This document shows, piece after piece, positions 41,137 to 51,789 of a DNA stretch of 64,000 bases. Source of the stretch: an uncultured Clostridium sp. (GTDB taxonomy: Bacteria; Bacillota; Clostridia; TANB77; CAG-508). The stretch is from assembly GCA_900557045.1 (NCBI GenBank), contig USQY01000001.1, positions 28,215 to 92,214 of the forward strand, written 5' to 3'. The notes under the pieces were generated by a model. That model was not told the origin of the DNA, did no database searches, and was given only the letters and a program-made list of their open reading frames with translations. The position numbers were made by a program, and so were the translations under genes. Numbering within the stretch: the stretch's first letter is position 1; each line of letters opens with the position of its first letter.

Positions 41137-42525
41137 TTATTTATTTTTTACATTTGTTAAAATAGCTCTAGTTATAATATTGTTAAATATCTCAAATAAA
41201 ATTATTCCCCAGAATAATATCATTCCAAAGCCACTTATTTCTAATATATTTGCGAAAGCAATTACTACAGACATTATAAATGCTGGGATTAGCATTTTTG
41301 TAAATTTAACGGTCTCTTCATTAAACATTTTAGAAGTTATTTTTCCGTTACTTAATAATTTAGCCAAATATATAAATTGTACTATTAATATTACTGCTAT
41401 TGAAACAATTGATGAAATTGTTATTTCAACATTTGTATATCTCATAACTAATAATAATAATGTTCCAAAACCTAATATACTTAATTCTGCAAATATACCA
41501 TTTAATTTATATTTCAATACCAAATATACTAACATTATAACTAATATCACTGCAAAAACAGAAATAATACCAATTTTATTTATATTTGAATGTATATCAT
41601 TTGTATAGTTTACAGAATATGTTATTGGTAAATTACCACTTTTAACCAAATTTTTAATACTATCTGCTTCTTTTAATGTATTATTTAAAGTTGCTTTATC
41701 ATTTGTATAGTCACCTAATTTTAAAGGTAAAGAACCTTTTACTGCAGTTTCTAAAAATTCCGTTTCTGTCATACTACATATTGTGCTTCCATCTATAGTT
41801 ATTACAATATTATTCTCAGTTTGGTTTCCTTCTTCATTTGTTGGAACAACATAATTGTTTTTTAATTCTTTAAATTTTTTTATTGCATCTTTAGTAAACT
41901 CTATATCTAATTTTACAAAAGAACCTATTCCATAATTAACATATGAATCATCTATTGCAGTTGTAATATTACTTATACTATTATGATCACCTATTACTTC
42001 ATTATTTTCACTTATTTTTATTTCGGTTTTTCCAACTACAAATATATTTTGTAAAGTTTCATTACTTACATCATCAGGTACTTCCATTATAATAGTCCCT
42101 GATTGTTCGTCAAGTCTTAGTGTATATTGATTTATCTCTGCATTTTTTAATCTTTTTTCTATTATTTTTTTACATTGTTCAAAATTCTCTACAGTATAAA
42201 TATTCTGTACTTGTCCATTTTCTGAATTGTTTTTTTCTGTGCTATTTTTTGTTTGTTCAGAATCTTCTACATTATTGTTTGATTCTGAATTTTCCTCTGT
42301 TACATTATTTTCTTCTTGTGGATTTTCAGAAGAATTTTCTTCATTTTTTACTACATCTAGTTTTATAATAGTATTAGTATCCAAATCCATACCAAGAATA
42401 TAATTTGGTAAAACATTTTTCATAATATTTCTATCTTTAGCATATATTCCTCCTAAAGAAACTATACATAATAGTATTATAACTAGTGTTGCTAAAATAA
42501 TTTTTAAAGAACATTCTTTTTTCAC
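41137..42525 (-). CDS. SecD-like membrane protein (divergent)
   Basis: N-terminal TM helix, a long Asn/Glu-rich periplasmic domain and five C-terminal TM helices. The position relative to yajC-tgt-queA matches secDF. The canonical GMAVDANV motif is not recognisable. GTG start at 42525 after GGGAGGAA. Confidence 0.5.
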   Translation of the reverse strand: MKKECSLKIILATLVIILLCIVSLGGIYAKDRNIMKNVLPNYILGMDLDTNTIIKLDVVKNEENSSENPQEENNVTEENSESNNNVEDSEQTKNSTEKNNSENGQVQNIYTVENFEQCKKIIEKRLKNAEINQYTLRLDEQSGTIIMEVPDDVSNETLQNIFVVGKTEIKISENNEVIGDHNSISNITTAIDDSYVNYGIGSFVKLDIEFTKDAIKKFKELKNNYVVPTNEEGNQTENNIVITIDGSTICSMTETEFLETAVKGSLPLKLGDYTNDKATLNNTLKEADSIKNLVKSGNLPITYSVNYTNDIHSNINKIGIISVFAVILVIMLVYLVLKYKLNGIFAELSILGFGTLLLLVMRYTNVEITISSIVSIAVILIVQFIYLAKLLSNGKITSKMFNEETVKFTKMLIPAFIMSVVIAFANILEISGFGMILFWGIILFEIFNNIITRAILTNVKNK

Positions 42526-42541
42526 TTTTATTCCTCCCATT

Positions 42542-43201
42542 TTATAGTAATTTTGTATCATTGATAATTAGTTCAAACCAAATATTTAGAAATTTTGCTG
42601 CATGTTTACTCATCATTGTCCTATCCATAAATATTTCAAAATAATCTAGTACTGGTGAAATTTCTGTATCAATTGTTAGATCTAAAACTACCTTTCTGTT
42701 TTCTTTTGAAATTGTAAAATTTGAATTAGTTACAGCATAATTGACTTTATCATGTTTATCGAAAGTTGATAAATTAGTATTCATAACTCTACTTCTGTGA
42801 ACATCTGATTTATCTGCAAGTATTAAAGCTGCTGAAATATCACTAACTGCTGTTCCAGTTTTTTCATCATGATTACCAATAGCCATCATAATTTCAGTTC
42901 TATGTTTTGTATCCATTCCCATATCTTTTAATATTTGATATGCAAGAAGTGCACCTGAATGAGCATGATCATTTCTATTTACGCAATTTCCTATATCATG
43001 CAAAAAACCTGCTATTTTTGCAAGTTCAACCCTTTCATTATTATAACCTAATATTTCTAAAACTGCACCTGCTCTTTTTGAAACTATTCCTATATGCCTA
43101 AATGAATGTTCTGTATACCCTAATGCATTTAATTCTTCTTGTGAGCTTAAAATTAATTGCTGTACCTCTGGATTTTCTTTAATATCATCTAAAGTTATCA
43201 T
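42542..43201 (-). CDS. HD-domain phosphohydrolase
   Basis: 219 aa with H...HD (FLHDIGN) and GNHDE motifs. Confidence 0.7.
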   Translation of the reverse strand: MITLDDIKENPEVQQLILSSQEELNALGYTEHSFRHIGIVSKRAGAVLEILGYNNERVELAKIAGFLHDIGNCVNRNDHAHSGALLAYQILKDMGMDTKHRTEIMMAIGNHDEKTGTAVSDISAALILADKSDVHRSRVMNTNLSTFDKHDKVNYAVTNSNFTISKENRKVVLDLTIDTEISPVLDYFEIFMDRTMMSKHAAKFLNIWFELIINDTKLL

Positions 43202-43279
43202 ATCATTCCTCCATTACTTATAAATTTTATATTAAATTTATAAAAATATCAACTCTTTTTACAAAATAATTACAAATTT

Positions 43280-43681
43280 TTACCTTCTTATATTAACTCC
43301 AATTATCCCACCAATTCCACCAAGAATACTTCCAATCACAATCATTATAATAGAGCTTAAAGTAAGTGAAAATCCACTAAAAGCAATGCTAGATAATATG
43401 TATAAACTACCCAAATATAACCCACCTACACATACACCATTTACTATTCCATTTTTTTTAATTTTTGAGCTAGTTATCGAACTACCAACTAGTATACTAA
43501 TTCCTGTTATTGTAATAACAACTGGTTTTATCGTATTTTCTTGAATATTAGTATTTAATAGAATAATTGCATATATAAATAAGCTAATTAAACTAATAAT
43601 TAATGAAAAAACATATCCTTTTGCTATTATTGTAATAGTATTATTTTTTTCTACTTTGCTAATATTGTTCATATAAATCAC
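43280..43681 (-). CDS. small polytopic membrane protein (YrzE/TIGR04086-like)
   Basis: 133 aa with four hydrophobic helices and a Gly-rich C-terminus. Its position near the yajC/secDF region matches yrzE in Bacillus. Confidence 0.45.
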   Translation of the reverse strand: MIYMNNISKVEKNNTITIIAKGYVFSLIISLISLFIYAIILLNTNIQENTIKPVVITITGISILVGSSITSSKIKKNGIVNGVCVGGLYLGSLYILSSIAFSGFSLTLSSIIMIVIGSILGGIGGIIGVNIRR

Positions 43682-43754
43682 AACCCCTTCTATACAATAT
43701 TTATATCATTATATTATTATATGATTATTTTTAGAACAATTAGCTATATGCAGG

Positions 43755-44021
43755 TTATACATTTCTATCATCAATTCCTGCAATTGCCCACTTTTCAATA
43801 GAAATTTTTAAATTATCCGGATTTGTTTGTATTATTACTCTATCTTCCATCACATCTATTATAATTCCTGCAAGACCTGAATAAGTAATAACTTTATCAC
43901 CACTTTTTAATTCATTTTGCATTTGTTTTATTTTTTTATTCTGTCTTCTGTTTGAAATATTTCCAAAATAAAATATTAATAATATACATACTACACAAAT
44001 TATAAACTTTATATATTCCAT
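43755..44021 (-). CDS. yajC: preprotein translocase subunit YajC
   Basis: 88 aa with a single N-terminal TM helix and the motif L..GD.V.T..G. It lies downstream of tgt. Confidence 0.82.
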   Translation of the reverse strand: MEYIKFIICVVCILLIFYFGNISNRRQNKKIKQMQNELKSGDKVITYSGLAGIIIDVMEDRVIIQTNPDNLKISIEKWAIAGIDDRNV

Positions 44022-44095
44022 AATTCTCCCTTTATATAACTTTAATAATTTTAGACGGATTTTTTCCGCCTATGCATAAAATCTCTATTTTAGTT

Positions 44096-45598
44096 TTAAT
44101 TTTGCACTTCACTTGTATCTGTTGTTATTGTAGCATTTGAATCTTTTACTATATTTGTTGTTTCATCTACATTTTCTTTCTTAACTGCATTAGGTCCATC
44201 ATTAACATTTTTAGCCGAATTGTTAATATAATCTATAACATTGTATTTTTTATCATTATATAACATAGTATATTGTTCCTCACCATCTACAACTTCTTTA
44301 TATACTTTAGTCAAAACACTTTTTACTAAAATAGTATTGCTTTTGGTAATAATACCATAATTATTGTCTTTTTTTACTATTATAGCATTTAATTTTGGAA
44401 TTATTAAAATGCTATTAGTTGAATTTGTTCCAATATATCCTAAATCGGTATACTCTAATTTAATTACAACTTTCCCTTTTAAATTTACAAATCCCCATAA
44501 TTTATCTTTTTTTACAGGTATTAAATTGTCATATATAATATACTCGTTATTTAAATTATTATTTGTAAATTTTGAAATATCTATACCAATTTTATCATAT
44601 TCAATAGGAAGAATCTCTTCAGCTTCTTGACTAGATTCTTGTTCAACTGTTTTTCTTATAATTCCATATTTTGTTATCTTATCTGTTGAAATGTTACTTA
44701 CTAAATATAATTCTTCACTAATTTGTTTTATATCTGAGTATTGTGGTGATATTATTGTTTTAGCTGTATATTTATTATTTTCCTCTCCTAATTGAACTAT
44801 TCCTTTTCCTTTTTCTGTTTTTACAATTAATTGATTAAACTTTTCTACATATTTAATATCACTATATTTGGGATCAATTATAGAATTAGTTTGAACTTTT
44901 GTGACTTTTGTTTTATTATCTGTAGTTGATGAAATTGTTGCCAGTCCTAGTTTATCCTTTTCATCTTTTACTATTACTATACCTTTTTTCAATAGTTTTT
45001 TATTTGAATATGTTGTTTCCCATACTATTGAAGTATCAGGTATAAAAGTATTTGATTTTTGTTTATTATAAAAACTCTCTAATGAAGAAATTGATGAAAT
45101 CACTATTTTGTTGTTGGTATTAGAGCACCTCACATTTGCAGCAATTTCAGCTGAATCTAATGGCATATATATTTTTCCATTTTCTTTTATTATTTGATTT
45201 TTTAAAGTATAGTGTTCTGTCTCATTTGTATCTTCTAATACTTTATAAATATTGTTTGAACCTACTTCAAAAAAAGTACTTTCATATGAATTTGTTATAT
45301 AACATTTATTTTCATCTTCAACATCCTTACTTCCACTTTTATAAGTATATCCATCTTTAGTCATTTTAGTTAAATCTTCAATACCTATATATATAACATT
45401 ATCTTTGTTTAATAAATAATTAGACACTAAATATTGTTTGTTATCTATTATTAAACTTGCACTATTTTTATTAATAGTTGTTACATACGCTAATAAACCT
45501 ATTATTATAAATAATAATACTACTATTCCCACTCCACATGCTATAAAAATTTTTCTATTATCTCCATGAGTATTACGATTTTCATCTATCAGGTTCAT
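44096..45598 (-). CDS. membrane-anchored WG-repeat (KWG-like) protein
   Basis: 500 aa with an N-terminal TM anchor and repeated motifs such as KYGIIRK, LWGFVNLKGKVVIKLEY and NYGIITK. Confidence 0.5.
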   Translation of the reverse strand: MNLIDENRNTHGDNRKIFIACGVGIVVLLFIIIGLLAYVTTINKNSASLIIDNKQYLVSNYLLNKDNVIYIGIEDLTKMTKDGYTYKSGSKDVEDENKCYITNSYESTFFEVGSNNIYKVLEDTNETEHYTLKNQIIKENGKIYMPLDSAEIAANVRCSNTNNKIVISSISSLESFYNKQKSNTFIPDTSIVWETTYSNKKLLKKGIVIVKDEKDKLGLATISSTTDNKTKVTKVQTNSIIDPKYSDIKYVEKFNQLIVKTEKGKGIVQLGEENNKYTAKTIISPQYSDIKQISEELYLVSNISTDKITKYGIIRKTVEQESSQEAEEILPIEYDKIGIDISKFTNNNLNNEYIIYDNLIPVKKDKLWGFVNLKGKVVIKLEYTDLGYIGTNSTNSILIIPKLNAIIVKKDNNYGIITKSNTILVKSVLTKVYKEVVDGEEQYTMLYNDKKYNVIDYINNSAKNVNDGPNAVKKENVDETTNIVKDSNATITTDTSEVQN

Positions 45599-45611
45599 TT
45601 AATCCCCTCCT

Positions 45612-46784
<1,173 letters not shown>

Positions 46785-46798
46785 TTATATATTTTTTT

Positions 46799-47018
46799 AA
46801 ATTTAGTATTTTTTACAACTCTAATATTCTTCTTGAAATTTGGTATTTTTTTATAATTATATTGCTTTCTTTAAATTTAATATTTTTTATAATTATACTA
46901 TTTTCTTTAAATTTGATATTTTTTATAATTATACTATTTTCCTTAAATTTGATGTTTTTTATAATTATAATGCTTTCTTTAAATTTGATATTTTTTATAA
47001 TTATAATACTTTTTCTTT
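46799..47018. repeat. tandem repeat, 36-38 bp unit, six copies
   Basis: Units start at 46799, 46836, 46873, 46909, 46945 and 46981. Consensus AAATTTGATATTTTTTATAATTATACTATTTTCTTT. The array fills the tgt-queA intergenic spacer. Confidence 0.9.
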
Positions 47019-47071
47019 ACATTCAATATTTTTAACATTAACATCTGTTCCTGCAAGTAGTAAACATCCCA

Positions 47072-48097
47072 TTAATAAATAAACATAGCATCACCAAAGC
47101 TAAAAAATCTGTACTTTTCTTTTACAGCTTCTTCATAAGCATTCATAATAAAATCTTTTCCTGCTAAAGTAGAAACAAGCATAATTAATGTTGATTCTGG
47201 TAAATGAAAATTTGTAATTAAACAATCAATACATTTAAACTTATAACCTGGATATATAAATATACTTGTATCTCCTTCTACCTCTTTAACAAATCCATTC
47301 TCATCTGCAACAGATTCCAAAACTCTACATGAAGTTGTTCCTACTGATATAATCCTTCCACCATTTTTCTTCGCATTATTTATTTTGTCTGCATCTTCTT
47401 GTTTAATATAATAATGTTCTGAATGCATATCATGTTCTTCAATATTTTCAACCTTTACTGGTCTAAAAGTTCCAATTCCAACATGCAAAGTTACATTTGC
47501 AATTTCCACACCTTTTGCTTTAATTTTTTCTAATAATTCATCTGTGAAATGTAAACCTGCTGTTGGAGCAGCTGCAGAGCCCTCATATTTTGCATACACA
47601 GTTTGATATCTATCTTTATCATTCAATCTTTCTTTTATATATGGTGGTAAAGGCATTAGACCAATTTGATCTAAAATTTCATTAAAAATCCCCTTATACT
47701 TAAATTCAACTTTTCTATTTCCATTATCCATTTGCTCCAAAATTTCAGCTTTCAAAAGTCCTTCACCAAATGTAACAATAGTACCCTTTTTTAAACGTCT
47801 TCCCGGATGTACCATTACTTCCCAAATATCTCCTTCTATTCTTTTTAAAAGCAAAAACTCAACATGTACACCAGTATCTTCTTTAATTCCATATAACCTT
47901 GCAGGAATTACTTTAGTATTATTTCTAACTAAACAATCTCCTGGTTTTAAATAATCCAATATATCTTTAAAAACCTTATGTTCAATTGTCTTATTTGTTT
48001 TATCTAGAACCATTAATCTAGACTCATCTCTCTTTTGTATAGGTGTTTGTGCTATTAATTCTTCTGGTAAATAATAGTTAAAATCTGATACTTTCAT
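47072..48097 (-). CDS. queA: S-adenosylmethionine:tRNA ribosyltransferase-isomerase
   Basis: 341 aa with an N-terminal [18 protein letters not shown] and a conserved C-terminal [10 protein letters not shown]. Confidence 0.96.
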   Translation of the reverse strand: MKVSDFNYYLPEELIAQTPIQKRDESRLMVLDKTNKTIEHKVFKDILDYLKPGDCLVRNNTKVIPARLYGIKEDTGVHVEFLLLKRIEGDIWEVMVHPGRRLKKGTIVTFGEGLLKAEILEQMDNGNRKVEFKYKGIFNEILDQIGLMPLPPYIKERLNDKDRYQTVYAKYEGSAAAPTAGLHFTDELLEKIKAKGVEIANVTLHVGIGTFRPVKVENIEEHDMHSEHYYIKQEDADKINNAKKNGGRIISVGTTSCRVLESVADENGFVKEVEGDTSIFIYPGYKFKCIDCLITNFHLPESTLIMLVSTLAGKDFIMNAYEEAVKEKYRFFSFGDAMFIY

Positions 48098-48366
48098 TAT
48101 TTTTTCCTCTTCCTTTTCATTATCCTATTTTTCCTTTTTTAATTTTTATTATAATTTTTTACTATAATTTTTACATTTTATTTCTAAATTCTTTTACATA
48201 ATGTACTTTTCTATTATACTAGATATAACCTTAAATTTCAAGCCTTAAATACAGAATTCAAATTCCTTAATATAGCTTTTTCTTGCTTTTGCAATTCATA
48301 CCTTTAGCCTACATCACAATAAAAATCATTAACCTCTAACTTCCATCTAATCATCTTGTTAACCAA

Positions 48367-48542
48367 CCTCACTCGGAGAAAGAAATTTGTTACTTTTGAA
48401 AAAATAAACTCCTACCTGAGCCCTCAAACACACACACCCAGTCATTATCGTAACAATTCCAACCAACACAGCACGCACCACACCACGTTTGAAGGAGTTT
48501 ATTTTTTCAAAAGTAACAAATTTTTTCTCTCGGTACTCCCCC
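48367..48542. repeat. family-1 hairpin element, copy C
   Basis: Same architecture and orientation as the other copies. The arm pair GAAAAAATAAACTCC / GGAGTTTATTTTTTC is perfectly complementary. It starts right after the ileS terminator T-tract on the minus strand. Confidence 0.85.
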
Positions 48543-48564
48543 AAAAAAACAAAATAAAAAAAAA

Positions 48565-48608
48565 GAAAAACAAAAAAGAGAACATGTGCCCAAACCACAC
48601 ATATTCTC
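48565..48608 (-). terminator. rho-independent terminator of ileS
   Basis: On the minus strand, GAGAATATGTG-TGGTTTGGG-CACATGTTCTC is followed by a long T-rich tract. Confidence 0.8.
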
Positions 48609-48627
48609 AAATCACTGAATTATTTAT

Positions 48628-51393
48628 TTATCTCAAAACCTCACTACATCTATGACAAATAGTAGGATTTTCCTTATCATCCCCAACAGTAACAGAAAAC
48701 ATCCAACATCTCTCACATTTTTCACCATCAGCAATTTCAACTCTAATATCAGGCTCACCTTCAACAATTTCCAAACCTGAAACTATAAACACTGTCATCA
48801 ACAAACTAATATTTTCTTTCAAAAATGCCAATTCTTCACTATCAGCTTTTGCAGATATAATAACTTTAGCATTTAAAGAATGCCCTATAACCTTAGCTGC
48901 TCTAGCATCTTCAAGTTTTTTAGCAACATTTTCTTTTAAAGCTATAATTTTATTCCACTTAGCTTCTAAATCTTTATCCTCATATTCAGGGTTCACTTCT
49001 GGATAATATGTTAACATTACACTTTCAACATTTTCATTTTCAGTATGTGGCATGTATTTCCAAACTTCCTCTGCTGTAAAACATGTCATCGGAGCTAATA
49101 TTTTTACCAATGCATCCAATATAATATACATAGCTGTTTGTGCTGATTTTCTTCCTTCTGAATCTGGTTTAGCTGTATACAATCTATCTTTTATTATATC
49201 TAAATAGAAATTACTCATATCAACTACGCAAAATGTATTTATTGCTTGATATGCCTTATTAAAATCATACTCATCATAAGATTTTATACAATCAGCTACT
49301 AATTTATTTAATTTTATTAAAGCAAATTTATCTATTTCTTCTAATTTATCATATGGTGTCAATGAATTTACATCTAAACCATTAATATTTCCTAGTATAA
49401 ATCTAGCTGTATTACGTATTTTTCTATATACTTCTGCTACTTGTTTTAATATATCTTTTGATATACTTACATCTGAAGTATAATCAGATGATAATGCCCA
49501 TAATCTTAAAATATCTGCACCCATTTCATTTACCATTTGAATTGGATCTATACCATTTCCAAGGCTTTTAGACATTTTTCTTCCTTGACTATCTACAACA
49601 TATCCATGTGTTACAACTTCTTTATATGGTGCTTTGTTTTTTGTTGCAACAGATGTTAATAATGAAGATTGGAACCAACCTCTATATTGATCACTACCTT
49701 CAAGATACAAATTTGCTTCTGGTAATCCACGTTCTGCTAAAACTGATTCATGTGTAGAACCTGAATCAAACCATACATCCATAATATCTGTCTCTTTTTT
49801 GAATTTTGTGCATCCACATTCAGAACATTTTGCACCTTCTGGTAATAATTCTTCAGCAGTCATATCAAACCATGCATTTGTTCCTTTTTCTCTAACAATA
49901 TCCTGAACCTTTTTCAAACTCTCTGGTGTTACATATTCTTTTTCACAATCTTCACAATAGAATATTGGTAATGGAACACCCCAAGTTCTTTGACGAGAAA
50001 TACACCAATCATTTCTGTCTTCTATCATTTTAGTAATTCTATCTTCACCCCAAGCAGGATGCCATTTTACTGTTTTTATAGCTTCTAGTGCTTGTTTTCT
50101 GAATCCATCAACAGATGCAAACCATTGGCTTGTAGCTCTAAATATTATTGGATGTTTACATCTCCAACAATGTGGATAAGAGTGATTTATTGTTTGTTTT
50201 GCTAATAATAAGTTATTTTCTTCCAACCATTTTATGATTTCTTTATCTGATTTTGCATAATACATTCCTGCAAAAGGTCCTGCTTCTGCTGTTTGATGTC
50301 CTTTACTATCAACTGTTACTACTATATCTAATCCATTTTTTAATCCACATAAATAATCTTCTTTACCATAACCTGGTGCAGTGTGTACAGCACCTGTACC
50401 TGTACCTAATTCAACTAAAATTGTATCCTCACTACCTAATACAACTCTTGATTCTCTTGGTAAAAATGGATGTCTGCATCTTACACCTTCAAGTTCAGTT
50501 CCTTTATATACTTTAATAGTTGTATAATCATCAATTCCAGCTATTTTCATAACTTTATCTACAAGTTCAGTAGCCATAATTAATTTTTCACCATTTGCAT
50601 CAACTAAGCTGTATTCAAAATCTGGTGATATTGTTATTCCAACATTTCCTGGTAAAGTCCATGGTGTTGTTGTCCAAATTACAATATAAGTATCTCTTTC
50701 ATCAAATAATCCCTTACCTTCTATTACAGGAAATTTAACATATGCAGTATTAGAATTTACATCTTTATATTCGATTTCAGCTTCTGCCAATGCTGTTTCA
50801 CAATCAGTACACCAATATACAGGTTTTAATCCTTTATATATGTAACCTTTTTTATACATTTCGCCAAATACTTCTATTTGTTTTGCTTCCATTTCTGGCT
50901 GATATGTAATATATGGATGATCCCAATCAGCTAAAACTCCTAATCTTTTAAACCCTTCTATTTGTTTATCTTTGTAATTTTTAGTAAATTCTTTACAAGT
51001 ATTTCTAAATTCTGAAACTGGAATTTCATCTCTGTTTAGTCCTAATTTTTCTATAGCTTTCTTTTCTGTTGGCATTCCATGTGTATCAAATCCAGGAATA
51101 AACGGTGTATAATATCCTCTTAAATTCTTATATCTAACAACAGTATCTTTCAAAGTTTTATTTAACGCATGACCTGCATGAATCTCCCCATTTGCATATG
51201 GAGGTCCATCATGTAAAACAAAAGGTTCTTTTCCTTCATTCTTTTTTAACATTTTTTCATATAAACCATTTTCTAATATTTCTTCAAATATTTTAGGTTC
51301 ATTTTCTGGTAAATTTCCTCTCATAGGGAAATCAGTTTTTGGTAGATTAAGTGTTTTTCCATAATCTTTTTTTTCTTCACAATTTTCGCACAT
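48628..51393 (-). CDS. ileS: isoleucine--tRNA ligase
   Basis: 921 aa with a HIGH-type motif (NGEIHAGH), KMSKS, the CP1 editing domain and C-terminal zinc-binding cysteines. Confidence 0.97.
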   Translation of the reverse strand: MCENCEEKKDYGKTLNLPKTDFPMRGNLPENEPKIFEEILENGLYEKMLKKNEGKEPFVLHDGPPYANGEIHAGHALNKTLKDTVVRYKNLRGYYTPFIPGFDTHGMPTEKKAIEKLGLNRDEIPVSEFRNTCKEFTKNYKDKQIEGFKRLGVLADWDHPYITYQPEMEAKQIEVFGEMYKKGYIYKGLKPVYWCTDCETALAEAEIEYKDVNSNTAYVKFPVIEGKGLFDERDTYIVIWTTTPWTLPGNVGITISPDFEYSLVDANGEKLIMATELVDKVMKIAGIDDYTTIKVYKGTELEGVRCRHPFLPRESRVVLGSEDTILVELGTGTGAVHTAPGYGKEDYLCGLKNGLDIVVTVDSKGHQTAEAGPFAGMYYAKSDKEIIKWLEENNLLLAKQTINHSYPHCWRCKHPIIFRATSQWFASVDGFRKQALEAIKTVKWHPAWGEDRITKMIEDRNDWCISRQRTWGVPLPIFYCEDCEKEYVTPESLKKVQDIVREKGTNAWFDMTAEELLPEGAKCSECGCTKFKKETDIMDVWFDSGSTHESVLAERGLPEANLYLEGSDQYRGWFQSSLLTSVATKNKAPYKEVVTHGYVVDSQGRKMSKSLGNGIDPIQMVNEMGADILRLWALSSDYTSDVSISKDILKQVAEVYRKIRNTARFILGNINGLDVNSLTPYDKLEEIDKFALIKLNKLVADCIKSYDEYDFNKAYQAINTFCVVDMSNFYLDIIKDRLYTAKPDSEGRKSAQTAMYIILDALVKILAPMTCFTAEEVWKYMPHTENENVESVMLTYYPEVNPEYEDKDLEAKWNKIIALKENVAKKLEDARAAKVIGHSLNAKVIISAKADSEELAFLKENISLLMTVFIVSGLEIVEGEPDIRVEIADGEKCERCWMFSVTVGDDKENPTICHRCSEVLR

Positions 51394-51464
51394 TTTGCCT
51401 CTCTCCTTTTTATTTACTTTTTATTTTTTACATTATTTTTTATTTATTATAATTATTTTTTGTA

Positions 51465-51715
51465 TAATACAATAAAAGCTACTCGTCCTAATTAAATTAA
51501 TATTTAGGACGAATAGCTTTCTATCCGCGGTACCACCTATTTTAAAAGATTTAATATCTTTTCACTTTATAATCTTTTAACGCAAGAATACGATTTAGTC
51601 TAATAACCATTAAATATTTTCAACTAAATAACCTAAAGGTGATACCAAACAAATTATTATCTTATCAGAATTCCACCATACTCTGACTCTCTATTAGTTT
51701 TACTTTGTTTGTGTT
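51465..51715 (-). promoter_or_regulatory. T-box riboswitch leader of ileS
   Basis: On the minus strand: an AGAGAG stem I element, the T-box sequence AATAGGTGGTACCGCGGATAG (51521-51541), then the terminator CTATTCGTCCTAA...TTAGGACGAGTAG followed by CTTTTATT. Confidence 0.82.
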
Positions 51716-51789
51716 GTCCTTCACATTGTTTTTGTTTATTTACTTTTATTTTGAATAATATTATCATATTTAAATAATATTTTCAATAG

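Noticed and set aside
48356-48655. ORFs of 99 aa (+) and 83 aa (-) between queA and ileS.
   Set aside because: They span family-1 copy C, the ileS terminator and its A/T tract. Their sequences are not conserved as reading frames in the other three copies.
50171-50179. A perfect DnaA-box-like 9-mer, TGTGGATAA.
   Set aside because: It is a single isolated occurrence inside ileS coding sequence, with no cluster and no AT-rich unwinding element. It is not an origin.
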